A stretch of 64,000 nt of DNA from Rubrobacteraceae bacterium. GTDB taxonomy: Bacteria; Actinomycetota; Rubrobacteria; Rubrobacterales; Rubrobacteraceae. Positions 28,947 to 37,850 of the stretch are shown piece after piece (the stretch's first letter is position 1; each line of letters opens with the position of its first letter). The notes under the pieces were generated by a model that saw only the letters and a program-made list of their open reading frames with translations, had not been told where the DNA came from and did no database searches. Both the position numbers and the translations under genes were made by a program. The stretch covers positions 1,687,330 through 1,751,329 of the forward strand of contig OZ243960.1 of NCBI GenBank assembly GCA_965214435.1, given 5' to 3'.

Positions 28947-29235
28947 GGCGTTACTACCTTTTATCGACCCTCTCCACCGAATGCTTTAGCGCCCGCGCCC
29001 CCGATACACCGTCCCGGAACTCTAAAATATGCCGCTAACGGTACCTCCACCAAAGTGTTGTATGTGAAATTTGCACAGTATAGGTCATGTAGTGTACTTT
29101 AAAGACTGGCCGGGATGCTTGTCCTTTTGGTGGCAGCTACGCGGCTTGCTACGAGCATGGCGGGATGCTAGTTTTCCGGCGTGCGGGTCCTGGCGGCCCG
29201 AAGTTCGGGTCTAATCGCCACAGGGTCTGCAGAGG

Positions 29236-29270
29236 CCCCACCTGCCGGGAGGGGGAGGTGGGGTCTTTTT
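29236..29270 (+). terminator. Intrinsic terminator on the plus strand with no plus-strand CDS upstream
   Basis: CCCCACCT-N12-AGGTGGGG followed by TCTTTTT. On the minus strand no U-tract follows the stem. Confidence 0.5.
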
Positions 29271-29289
29271 ATGCTGGTAACCGGGGTTG

Positions 29290-30834
29290 CTAGCGGAAGA
29301 CCGGCGCCGCGGCGCTGACGTAGGCGGTAAGCCAGTGAAGGTCTTCTTCGGTGAACTGTTCGGTGGAGAACCGGGTGGCGTAGACCACGCCCACGGGTAC
29401 TTCGTTCCGGAATACTGGAACGGCCAGGGAGTTGGTCCAGCGGGTGTTGGTCCGGGCTTGCGGCAGGCGTTTGGGGCCGGTCACGAACAACGTCGGCTGG
29501 TTGGTCTTTAAGACGAACCCGACCATATTTCTATCGCCCTCTTCGATCTTATGGCCCTCGCCAGGTGTTATGGGTTCCATGTCCGGTGACCGCACGAGCC
29601 CGGCCCGGTCGGCTTTGAGTTCGTTGCAGACCTCGCGTGCTATCTCCTCCACCGGCGCTGCCGGGTCCAGCTTCCGGGAGGGCGTGGGTCGGAAGATAAA
29701 CCGGGAACTCAGGACGAAGTTTACCGTCATGCCGGCGAGTATCCCGAAGAAGTTAAAGACCACGTAGTAGGGAAAAGCGTCGGTAACGTACTTGAGCAGC
29801 GGGTAGTAGACCGCGAAGTTCGCCCCGATACCTATGATGGCTACCGGGTAGGCCAGAGCGCCGCGCTGGAGAAAGTGTATTCTGCTGGCGTGGCGCATGT
29901 CGCGCCAGGTAAAGGCGCTGTTCAAGAGGAAGTTGGAGAGTACGCTTATCCCGACACCGAACATCCAGGCGATCACCTTGCTCGCGTCGAAGTACTCGGC
30001 CAGGAACACGAGGGTAAACATGTTGACCAGAACCCCCGAGGCCCCGACCATCGCGAACTTCCAGAAGCGGCCCGCCGACGGCACGTACCAGAAGAGGCTC
30101 GCCAGGTGTTGCAGGTACTCCAGGCCCTGGTTAAAGCTCGCCTTAGAGACGCCGGCGTTACGGGCCTCGAAGTTAAACGGCACCTCGACCACCTTGAGGT
30201 CCGGGGCGCAGACCAGGATCTCGACCAGTATCTTAAAGCCCGTCGGCCGGAACTGTAGCCCGGAGATGGCCTCGTTGCGGACCAGGAAAAATCCGGTCAT
30301 CGGGTCCGTGGTCTTGCGGGCTTCCTTAAAGACGATCTGGGCGAGGTACTTGCTCCCGCTGGAGACGGCCCGGCGCACGGGACCCGACAAACCGGCGTAG
30401 CTGCCGCCGGCCGTGTAGCGGCTAGCCACCACGACGTCGGCCTCCGCGCTCTGGGCGGTTTCCAGCATCTGGCGCACCCGGTCCGGCGGGTGCTGGAGGT
30501 CAGCGTCCATAACGCAGGTGTACTCGCTGGCCCCGGAGACCGCGTCGATGCCCGTGGTGACCGCGGTCGAAAGCCCGCCCGCCCGCTCGGCGGTGTCCCG
30601 GTGGATCATGCTTATACGCCCGTTTTTCCGGCTTAGGGAGTGGATGATCTCCGGTGTTTCGTCCGTCGAATCGTCCACGAACACCAGCCGGTAGTCGATA
30701 CCGTCGAGGTTCTCCTCAATATCCCGCACCAGCCGGGGCACGTTCCCGGCTTCGTTACGGGTCGGCACAACGAGCGTTAGCAAAGCTTTTCGGTCAGTCT
30801 TTGATCCGTCTAGCGCCTGATGGTACACACCCAT
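29290..30834 (-). CDS. GT2 polyprenol-phosphate glycosyltransferase fused to a GtrA-like membrane domain and a C-terminal GAF-like domain
   Basis: LVVPTRNEAGN..VFVDDSTDET..DADLQHPP (Dpm1/Ppm1-like). FWKFAMVGASGVLVN...SSRFIF (GtrA). The last ~120 aa show a GAF-like pattern. Confidence 0.85.
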   Translation of the reverse strand: MGVYHQALDGSKTDRKALLTLVVPTRNEAGNVPRLVRDIEENLDGIDYRLVFVDDSTDETPEIIHSLSRKNGRISMIHRDTAERAGGLSTAVTTGIDAVSGASEYTCVMDADLQHPPDRVRQMLETAQSAEADVVVASRYTAGGSYAGLSGPVRRAVSSGSKYLAQIVFKEARKTTDPMTGFFLVRNEAISGLQFRPTGFKILVEILVCAPDLKVVEVPFNFEARNAGVSKASFNQGLEYLQHLASLFWYVPSAGRFWKFAMVGASGVLVNMFTLVFLAEYFDASKVIAWMFGVGISVLSNFLLNSAFTWRDMRHASRIHFLQRGALAYPVAIIGIGANFAVYYPLLKYVTDAFPYYVVFNFFGILAGMTVNFVLSSRFIFRPTPSRKLDPAAPVEEIAREVCNELKADRAGLVRSPDMEPITPGEGHKIEEGDRNMVGFVLKTNQPTLFVTGPKRLPQARTNTRWTNSLAVPVFRNEVPVGVVYATRFSTEQFTEEDLHWLTAYVSAAAPVFR

Positions 30835-30953
30835 AACCCGAGTAGGCTAGCATATTCTTTCAAAAGGACCAAAAGAGACCTGACACGGGCCTCAGGAGCA
30901 GCGGTAAACTGGGCCGGAAACGAAGTACAGGCTAGCCGAGAGGAAGGTAAGCA

Positions 30954-31247
30954 ATGACCGATACCGGCAGAAACCAGACGGAGCGGGCCCACGTCCGTAT
31001 CTCAGGCCGGGTGCAGGGGGTGTCTTTCCGCGACGCCACCCGCCAAGAGGCCGAGTCGCTCGGGCTCTCGGGCTGGGTATCCAACCTCCCGGACGGACGG
31101 GTCGAAGCCCTCTTCGAGGGCGAGAGTGACAGCGTGCGCCGCATGGTCCGGTGGTGCGAGGAAGGCCCGAACCAGGCGGACGTGGACGACGTGGACGTCT
31201 CTTACGAAGAAGCCAGTGGTGACCTGAGCGGCTTCGAGGTCCGTTGA
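30954..31247 (+). CDS. acyP: Acylphosphatase
   Basis: 97 aa with VRISGRVQGVSFRDATRQEAESLGLSGWVSNLPDGRVEALFEG. Confidence 0.9.
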   Translation: MTDTGRNQTERAHVRISGRVQGVSFRDATRQEAESLGLSGWVSNLPDGRVEALFEGESDSVRRMVRWCEEGPNQADVDDVDVSYEEASGDLSGFEVR

Positions 31248-32170
31248 GCGACCTCCCGCAAGACCTCCGCCGCCTGCTGGAGAAGTCCAACGTTTCCGTG
31301 ACGGATAGCCGGAAGATCGACTACGGCCGCCAGTATCGCCTCACCCGTGGAGGAGATAAGGCAGCCCTGAACGTCTACCGCACGGGTAAGGTTACGGTAG
31401 GTGGCAAGTCCTCCGCGCTCAAGACGCTCCTGGACGACTGGAAGGCTGCCCGGAGCGGAGCTGGACAGGCTAGAAAGAAGACGGGCAAGGCGTCCGGCCG
31501 CGCCTCTACCGTCCCGGACTGTACACCCCGCGTCGGCACCGACGAGGCCGGTAAGGGCGACTACTTCGGTCCGCTGGTGGTTGCCGGGGTCCGAGTTACG
31601 GGCGGCGGAGCAGCACAAAAACTCCGGGAGCTCGGGGTCCGGGATTCCAAAGAGCTGTCCGGCGGGCAGGTACTCCGGTTGGCGGAGGAAATACCCATAG
31701 CTGTGGGCACCGCTAACATTCGGGTACAGAGCCTGTCCCCGGAGATATTCGAGGCCCGCCGCGCTGCCGCTGGAAGCAACGTGAACCGGCTGCTCGGGGA
31801 GTTGAACGTCCAGATACTGGGTGAGCTTAAAGACGACGTAGAGGCTTTCGTCGTGGATGAGTTCGCCCCGGCGGCTCGCTCGTACATAGAGCCGGTGGTA
31901 CCGCTGGGAGTGCGTTTAGAGGTGCGTCCAAGGGCGGAGAACGATGCCGCGGTCGCGGCGGCTTCAATTCTGGCTCGGGCGCGGTTTCTGGAAGACATGG
32001 ACGAGCTCTCTGAGGGGGTCGGTTTCAGGTTGCCGCTGGGGGCGACGCACGTGCAGGCCGCTGGTCGCCGGATGGTCGAGGAGCGGGGGACGGAAGGGCT
32101 TGCGAAGGTTGCAAAGGTGAGTTTTTCAACGACGAAAAAGGTGCTCGGTGCGGCGGGGCGCTCCGGCTGA
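31244..32170 (+). CDS. rnhC: Ribonuclease HIII
   Basis: The catalytic segment GTDEAGKGDYFGPLVVAGV is HIII-type (GKGDYFGP) rather than HII-type (GRG). The N-terminal ~85-aa domain carries VYRTGKVTVGGK. The TTG start overlaps the acyP stop. Confidence 0.75.
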   Translation: MSDLPQDLRRLLEKSNVSVTDSRKIDYGRQYRLTRGGDKAALNVYRTGKVTVGGKSSALKTLLDDWKAARSGAGQARKKTGKASGRASTVPDCTPRVGTDEAGKGDYFGPLVVAGVRVTGGGAAQKLRELGVRDSKELSGGQVLRLAEEIPIAVGTANIRVQSLSPEIFEARRAAAGSNVNRLLGELNVQILGELKDDVEAFVVDEFAPAARSYIEPVVPLGVRLEVRPRAENDAAVAAASILARARFLEDMDELSEGVGFRLPLGATHVQAAGRRMVEERGTEGLAKVAKVSFSTTKKVLGAAGRSG

Positions 32171-32930
32171 GGGATGGGGTTGCGTCTTGGGTAACGGACT
32201 TGCCGGAACTCCAGACGTTGGAGATCTCCGGGTTGAGTACGAGAATTTATGGAACGGTTCCAGACAGCTCCTGGCCGCCGGCCGCGTCACGCTGGATACC
32301 GCCCCGGTAGAGGTCAGCGGCAGGTGGGGCGTGAGCGCCGTGCTGCGTCCGGCGGGGGGCGTCGCGGCGACCCTGGCGGATGTCTCGGAGACGCTAGCCG
32401 GTTTTACCGGGAGGCGACAGACTTTATACGGCCCTTCGGAGATCCACACGACGGTGCGTTCGATCGAGCCCTATCGGGCGGGCGTGTCCGGCGATGAAGC
32501 CGCGGTCCGGGCCTACGCTGAGATACTCGGCGGCATAGCCGGGCAGTGCGGTCCCATCCGCATAGCTTACAGAGGACTCACGGCCAGCGCCGGCGGTGTC
32601 CTGGCTCAGGGATGGCCGGTGGGCGATAAGCTTTACAGTATCCGGCGCGCTTTTCAGAGAGAGCTTTCCGGTCGGGGGCTGTCCGGAGGACCAGAGGCGG
32701 AGAGTTTCCGGCGGACCGCGCACGCCAGCTTGGTCACGTTTGCTGAAACACCGTGTTATCCAGAAGCGCTGGTAGAGTTTATAGAGGCTAACCGGCGTAC
32801 TTTCTACGGGGTCGCCAGCTTCGACTCCGTAGAGATCGTCCGCTACAAGCGCACGAAGTATGCCGCCGAACCGGTCACGCTTTACAAAGTTGCTCTGAGA
32901 GGCGACGACTCACGATATCCGAAAGGGTAA
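32148..32930 (+). CDS. Hypothetical protein, possible 2H phosphoesterase (LigT-like)
   Basis: Two H-x-T/S-x motifs about 95 aa apart (IHTTV, AHASL). The start is uncertain: GTG 32148 overlaps rnhC, and the alternative is TTG 32187. Confidence 0.45.
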   Translation: MRRGAPAEGWGCVLGNGLAGTPDVGDLRVEYENLWNGSRQLLAAGRVTLDTAPVEVSGRWGVSAVLRPAGGVAATLADVSETLAGFTGRRQTLYGPSEIHTTVRSIEPYRAGVSGDEAAVRAYAEILGGIAGQCGPIRIAYRGLTASAGGVLAQGWPVGDKLYSIRRAFQRELSGRGLSGGPEAESFRRTAHASLVTFAETPCYPEALVEFIEANRRTFYGVASFDSVEIVRYKRTKYAAEPVTLYKVALRGDDSRYPKG

Positions 32931-32935
32931 GAACT

Positions 32936-33961
32936 ATGATTGACCTTCGCAGCGATACGGTGACCCGGCCGACGGAGGAGATGCGGCGGGCGATGTTCGA
33001 GGCTCCGGTCGGGGACGACGTATTCGGGGAAGACCCGACCGTCCGGCGGTTGGAGGAGTACGTCGCGGCGCTGCTCGGTAAGGAGGCTGCACTCTACGCG
33101 CCGTCGGGGACGATGACAAACCAGATCGGGGTTTCCGTCAACACCGGTCGCGGGGACGAGGTCCTTCTGCACGAAGCCGCCCACATCTTTAACTACGAAG
33201 CCGGAGCGCCGGCCCTGATCTCCGGCGTCCAGGTACGCCCCGTCCCGGGTGATGGCGGCGTTATTACCCCTGAGACATTGCGGACGAACGTCCGGCCCGA
33301 GAACGTCCACTTCGCCCGCCCGCGTCTCCTGTGCCTGGAGAACACCCACAACGCCGCCGGGGGTAAAGTATTCCCGCTGGAGGACTTCGCCGCGGCGGCG
33401 GAGACGGCGCGGGAACTCGGCCTGAAGGTACACCTCGACGGGGCCCGGCTCTTTAACGCGCAGGCCGCGACGGGTATACCGGCATCCGAATGGGCCGCCC
33501 ACGCCGACACGGTCTCCGTCTGCTCCTCGAAAGGTCTCGGCGCGCCGGTAGGCTCCCTGCTGGCCGGTAGTAAAGAGACCATTCACGAAGCCCGGCGGGT
33601 CCGGAAGGTGCTCGGCGGCGGCATGCGCCAGGCCGGTGTGATCTCCGCCGCCGCCCTCTACGCTTTCGAGCACCACGTAGATCGGCTCTCCGAAGACCAC
33701 GCCCGCGCCCGTAAGCTCGCCGCCGGCCTCACCGAAGCCGAGTTTACCGTCGAGCCGCCCGAGACGAACATCGTGCTCGTCGAGATCGCCGACCCTTCCG
33801 CCCTCCTAAACGCCCTGGCCCACGAAGGCATACTCGCAACCCCCGGAAAACCGGGAACCGTCCGGCTGTGCACCCACCTCGACGTAGGCGACGCCGACAT
33901 AGAAGCCGCCATAGATCGGGCTTCCAGAGTAACCGCTGCGCCCCTACTGAGCCGTGGATGA
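32936..33961 (+). CDS. ltaE: Low-specificity L-threonine aldolase
   Basis: [26 protein letters not shown]. The PLP lysine context is [14 protein letters not shown]. Confidence 0.85.
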   Translation: MIDLRSDTVTRPTEEMRRAMFEAPVGDDVFGEDPTVRRLEEYVAALLGKEAALYAPSGTMTNQIGVSVNTGRGDEVLLHEAAHIFNYEAGAPALISGVQVRPVPGDGGVITPETLRTNVRPENVHFARPRLLCLENTHNAAGGKVFPLEDFAAAAETARELGLKVHLDGARLFNAQAATGIPASEWAAHADTVSVCSSKGLGAPVGSLLAGSKETIHEARRVRKVLGGGMRQAGVISAAALYAFEHHVDRLSEDHARARKLAAGLTEAEFTVEPPETNIVLVEIADPSALLNALAHEGILATPGKPGTVRLCTHLDVGDADIEAAIDRASRVTAAPLLSRG

Positions 33962-34431
33962 ACCTGCGGGTTGCGGCCGTTTCCGGAGATACCCTGTCCG
34001 GCCCTCTCGGCCTCCTAGAAACTTCACTAAGAGAGGGTGACCCTCTACCTGAAGGTTTTGTTAGGAGGCTGCAAGTGGAGATCTCCGCCGGCAACCTCGA
34101 AGTGCTCGCCGCGTGGGTAGACCACATTCCAGACCGTACTGTCGGGGTCGTCGTGGTCTCCTACCGGCTCAACATGTCAGCCGGAGACGAGTTTGCCAGC
34201 ATTGAAGACCTCTACGTGACCCCAGACGCCCGGCAGAGCGGCGTAGGGCGGGCGCTATTGGAAGCTGTGGAAGAAAAGTGTTCCGCTAGAGGTATATCTT
34301 ACGTAGAGGTTCAGGTGGTCGAGAAAGAGGCTCGCGGCTTCTATACGGCGGCGGGATATGAAGTTGAGGAAGGGGTGGCGCTGCTCTCGCGGTCTTACGC
34401 GCTCGGCGGGTCGAGTTCCAAGACTTCGTAG
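33958..34431 (+). CDS. GNAT family N-acetyltransferase
   Basis: [27 protein letters not shown]...FYTAAGY. The ATG overlaps the ltaE stop (ATGA). The ORF-track start 33868 is inside ltaE. Confidence 0.75.
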   Translation: MNLRVAAVSGDTLSGPLGLLETSLREGDPLPEGFVRRLQVEISAGNLEVLAAWVDHIPDRTVGVVVVSYRLNMSAGDEFASIEDLYVTPDARQSGVGRALLEAVEEKCSARGISYVEVQVVEKEARGFYTAAGYEVEEGVALLSRSYALGGSSSKTS

Positions 34432-34970
34432 ACGGAGATCTCGCGAAAACCGAGGTTTTCGTAGAGCTTGCGGGCCCGGGAGTTTGCGGCGGCGACTTGC
34501 AGGGAGACACCGTCGGCCTCTTTTTCGTGCGCCCAGTCGCGGCAACCTTCGAGGAGCGCCCGGCCCGCGCCCTGGCTCCGGTACTCCGGGGCGACAAAGA
34601 TGTCGTCTATGGAAGCCCAGGTCTTCGGATTGAAGGTCGGGGAGCCCTCGCGCAACTCGGCCGACAGAAAGCCGATTACCCGCTCTCCGGCATCGGGTCC
34701 GGTGTGTACGGCGACGAGCAGGCAGGAGAAAGGTCCGGCGGCGAGGTCCGCCAGAAAGCGGCGCATGGTTCGTTCGGCGTCCGGGGCGGGGGTGTAGACA
34801 CCATCGTACTCGGCGTGCTCCCGGGCGCTCTGTACCCAGAGCCGGGCCGCGTCCCGCGCGTCCTCCCGGCGGCCGGGGCGTATGGTTAAATCCTGCTCTG
34901 CCACGAGCTTATCGTAGCGGAAAACCCCGGCTCGTGAGGTGCCTAATGGACTATAGACCTTTAACTTCAA
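34395..34970 (-). CDS. GNAT family N-acetyltransferase
   Basis: IDDIFVAPEYRSQGAGRALLEGCRDWA...LYENLGF. Its 3' end overlaps the convergent GNAT gene by 37 nt. Confidence 0.75.
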   Translation of the reverse strand: MKLKVYSPLGTSRAGVFRYDKLVAEQDLTIRPGRREDARDAARLWVQSAREHAEYDGVYTPAPDAERTMRRFLADLAAGPFSCLLVAVHTGPDAGERVIGFLSAELREGSPTFNPKTWASIDDIFVAPEYRSQGAGRALLEGCRDWAHEKEADGVSLQVAAANSRARKLYENLGFREISVYEVLELDPPSA

Positions 34971-35111
34971 CTATTTTGCATGTAGAGTGTTCATGCTTAG
35001 AGGTGTTGGAGATCTGGTAGGAGGGTAGTTAAAGCAAAATACCGGTACGGTCGATAAAGGTCTGTAGAAGATTTGCAGGACCGCAAGGTAGGTTAAAAAG
35101 AGAAGAGCCAC

Positions 35112-35270
35112 AAAGCGCCAGGACTCCCGCGTGGCACTAGCTGACGGGAGTTGACGAGGGAGACGTTTATCGAACTTTCGGCGGATACGTCTCGGCTCTG
35201 GGTAGTCGTCAGGATGGCAGCAAATCTCGGTGGTGACGCCGGGGACAAAGTGCCCTCCGAGCCCTGTAGC
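35112..35270 (+). ncRNA. glmS ribozyme: glmS glucosamine-6-phosphate-activated ribozyme
   Basis: AA^GCGCCAGGACU (cleavage 5' of G35115). GUUGACGAGG. UUUAUCGAACUUUCGGCGGAUAC. GGUGAC..GGGGACAAAG. All are in the order of the known glmS ribozyme core, about 75 nt upstream of glmS. Confidence 0.85.
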
Positions 35271-35343
35271 AGCCCCCGGCTTCTCTCTGCTTTCCTCCGG
35301 TCCTGACGGACAGAAACGCGTTACGAAAGGCAGGAACAGAGAT

Positions 35344-37218
35344 ATGTGCGGGATCGTTGGTTACGTTGGCCGGGAGCATCCGGAGGTCGAGGCCGGGCGG
35401 TGTGTGGAAGTCCTTATGGAGGGCTTGCGGCACCTGGAATACAGGGGATACGACTCCGCGGGCCTGGCCCTGGCAATTCCCGGAAGCGGCATAGAGCCAG
35501 TAAAGCAGGCCGGGCCGCTAAAGAACCTGGCCGCGGCCATCGGGCGCAAGAACGGCCACCTCTCCAGCGTGCGAGCCGGGGTCGGGCACACCCGGTGGGC
35601 GACGCACGGAAAGCCGAGCGAGACCAACGCGCACCCGCACGTCGCGGGTGAGGGGGCCAGGGCCGTCGCCGTGGTGCACAACGGGATCATCGAGAACCAC
35701 GCGGAGCTGCGGGACGGGCTGGAAGAGCGGGGCCGGGTCTTTGTTTCCGAGACCGACACCGAGGTCATATCCCACCTCCTGGCCGAGCGGCTGGAAGACA
35801 ACCCCGGAGAGACCCTACGGGATGCGCTTGCGGCTTCGCTGCGGTGTCTTACGGGGTCGTTCGCGGTGGCGGCGGTAAGCGCCGCCGAACCGGAAAAGGT
35901 CGTAGCGGCCCGCAACCAGAGCCCGCTCGTCGTCGGGGTCGGGGAGGGGGAGAACTACCTGGCGAGCGCGGTGCAGGCCCTGCTCGGGCGGACGCGCCGG
36001 TTCCTGGTTATCGAGAACGGTGAGGTCGTAGAGCTTTCGGCGACATCGGCCGGCATCTCGACCCTGGACGGCGAGCCGGTCGAGCGGGAGGCTTTCGAGG
36101 TCGACTGGAGCGCCGAGGCCGTGGAGCTTGGTGGCTACGAAGATTACATGCTGAAGGAGATCCACGAGCAGCCGGGTGCCGTTGCCTCAACGCTCCTGGG
36201 ACGGCTAGCGGTCGATGGGGCGGTAGATCTCTCGGAGGAGATCGGGCTGGACCTCTCCGGGATCGAGCGGATCGTGGTGGTAGCCTGCGGGACCGCCTAC
36301 CACGCCGGGCTGCTCGGCAAGTACGCCATAGAGCGTCTCGCCCGGGTGCCGGTCGAGGTCGCCATCGCCAGCGAGTACCGCTATGCGGAGCCGATCGGCG
36401 ACGAGAAGACGCTCGTCGTCGCCATCTCCCAGAGCGGGGAGACGACCGACACTTTAGCGGCCGTAGAGGAAGCGCGGACGTTCGGGGCCAAGGTCGTAGC
36501 CGTTACCAACACTCAAGGATCTATCATCACCCGCGAGGCCGACGCGGTACTGCTGACTAAAGCCGGACCGGAAGTCGGCGTGGCCGCCACAAAGACTTTC
36601 CTCACGCAGACGACCGTTATGCACCTTCTGGCGCTGGAGTTCGCGCGGGTGCGGGGCACTCTGCCGGAAGCCGAACTCCGCAGGCTCGGCCGCGAGTTGC
36701 GCCTGATCCCCGAGAGGCTGGAAGAGGTTATAGAGACCCTGGAAGATCGGACCGCGGAGGCCGCGAGCGCTTTTGAAGACGCGCGGTGCTCGCTGTTCCT
36801 CGGGCGCGGGGTTTCGTATCCGGTGGCGCTTGAAGGGGCGTTGAAGCTAAAGGAGATCTCCTATCTCCCGTCCGAGGGGTACCCGGCCGGCGAGATGAAG
36901 CACGGCCCGATAGCCCTGGTCGATGAGCACTGCCCGGTCGTCGCCGTGCTCGGCGAGGGTGTCGCCCGGGAAAAGACCCTCTCCAACGTCGAGGAGACTT
37001 TGGCGCGCGGAGCCCGGATAATCACCATCGCCCGCGACGGCGACCCGGCGGCGAAGAAGGTCTCCGCCGCCACCCTCTCGATACCGGAGGTGCCCGAGAT
37101 ATTGAGCCCCCTGATCTCCGCCGTCCCCCTACAACTGCTCGCCTACCGCGTCGCCAAGTCCCGCGGCCTCAACGTAGATAAACCTCGCAACCTCGCAAAG
37201 AGCGTTACGGTCGAGTAA
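35344..37218 (+). CDS. glmS: Glutamine--fructose-6-phosphate aminotransferase (isomerizing)
   Basis: Starts MCGIVGYVG (Ntn Cys2), has two SIS domains and ends NLAKSVTVE. The ORF-track start 35230 would run through the ribozyme. Confidence 0.97.
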   Translation: MCGIVGYVGREHPEVEAGRCVEVLMEGLRHLEYRGYDSAGLALAIPGSGIEPVKQAGPLKNLAAAIGRKNGHLSSVRAGVGHTRWATHGKPSETNAHPHVAGEGARAVAVVHNGIIENHAELRDGLEERGRVFVSETDTEVISHLLAERLEDNPGETLRDALAASLRCLTGSFAVAAVSAAEPEKVVAARNQSPLVVGVGEGENYLASAVQALLGRTRRFLVIENGEVVELSATSAGISTLDGEPVEREAFEVDWSAEAVELGGYEDYMLKEIHEQPGAVASTLLGRLAVDGAVDLSEEIGLDLSGIERIVVVACGTAYHAGLLGKYAIERLARVPVEVAIASEYRYAEPIGDEKTLVVAISQSGETTDTLAAVEEARTFGAKVVAVTNTQGSIITREADAVLLTKAGPEVGVAATKTFLTQTTVMHLLALEFARVRGTLPEAELRRLGRELRLIPERLEEVIETLEDRTAEAASAFEDARCSLFLGRGVSYPVALEGALKLKEISYLPSEGYPAGEMKHGPIALVDEHCPVVAVLGEGVAREKTLSNVEETLARGARIITIARDGDPAAKKVSAATLSIPEVPEILSPLISAVPLQLLAYRVAKSRGLNVDKPRNLAKSVTVE

Positions 37219-37282
37219 GATGTAGCTAGTAAAATTAGTTGTAAAACACCCTGGATCGGTGTCCGGGTATGGGGGAAAGCAT

Positions 37283-37846
37283 ATGGAAACGGAGCCACTC
37301 GTCCGCCGGTTGGTGGTATGTCTTCTGGCGGCCTCGCTATCAGTAAGCCTTCTGGCGTTTACGGGTGAGAAAGCTTTGGCAGCTTGCGCAGATACACCTC
37401 CGGAGGTGTATTTGGATGAGGCGGACGTGGTCGCGATCGGAACCGTTGTGCAGGTCACGGTAAATCCGGCTTCATCGCTGGTCGAACTGCGGTTGGAGCG
37501 AGTTTTCAAGGGAGAGCCGGGAAAAACCGTCGTGGTCGAAACTAAAACCGGGAGCCGGCAAGCAGTATCCACCGACATACAATTCGACGAGGGAACCCGT
37601 TACCTGCTGTACCTGCAAGAACAGGGGAACGTCTTCATCACCTCGCTTTGTGCGGGGACGCAGCAGTTGAACGGCGGACTGCCGCCGGAGGCCGTGTCCT
37701 CGCTCGGCGAGAGGGTTGTGCCCGAGGGTAATTCGCAGCCACTGCCCGAGGCGGGCGGCTCTACGCTTCCGGCTGTCGCATTGTCTGCAGCTGGCCTGGT
37801 TGCGGTTGGTGGCTTGAGCCTGGCGCTGTGGCGGCGTACCGGTTAG
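37283..37846 (+). CDS. Secreted protein with TIMP/NTR-like N-terminal Cys and a C-terminal LPEAG-TM-RR sorting-type signal
   Basis: Signal peptide ...EKALAAC, then ADTPPEVY and later SLCAGT. C-terminus is LPEAGGSTLPAVALSAAGLVAVGGLSLALWRRTG. Confidence 0.55.
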   Translation: METEPLVRRLVVCLLAASLSVSLLAFTGEKALAACADTPPEVYLDEADVVAIGTVVQVTVNPASSLVELRLERVFKGEPGKTVVVETKTGSRQAVSTDIQFDEGTRYLLYLQEQGNVFITSLCAGTQQLNGGLPPEAVSSLGERVVPEGNSQPLPEAGGSTLPAVALSAAGLVAVGGLSLALWRRTG

Positions 37847-37850
37847 CTCT

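Noticed and set aside
35230-35343. N-terminal extension of glmS offered by the ORF track (MVTPGTKCPPSP...).
   Set aside because: It would be translated through the glmS ribozyme. GlmS must begin Met-Cys (MCGIVGY), because Cys is the N-terminal nucleophile.
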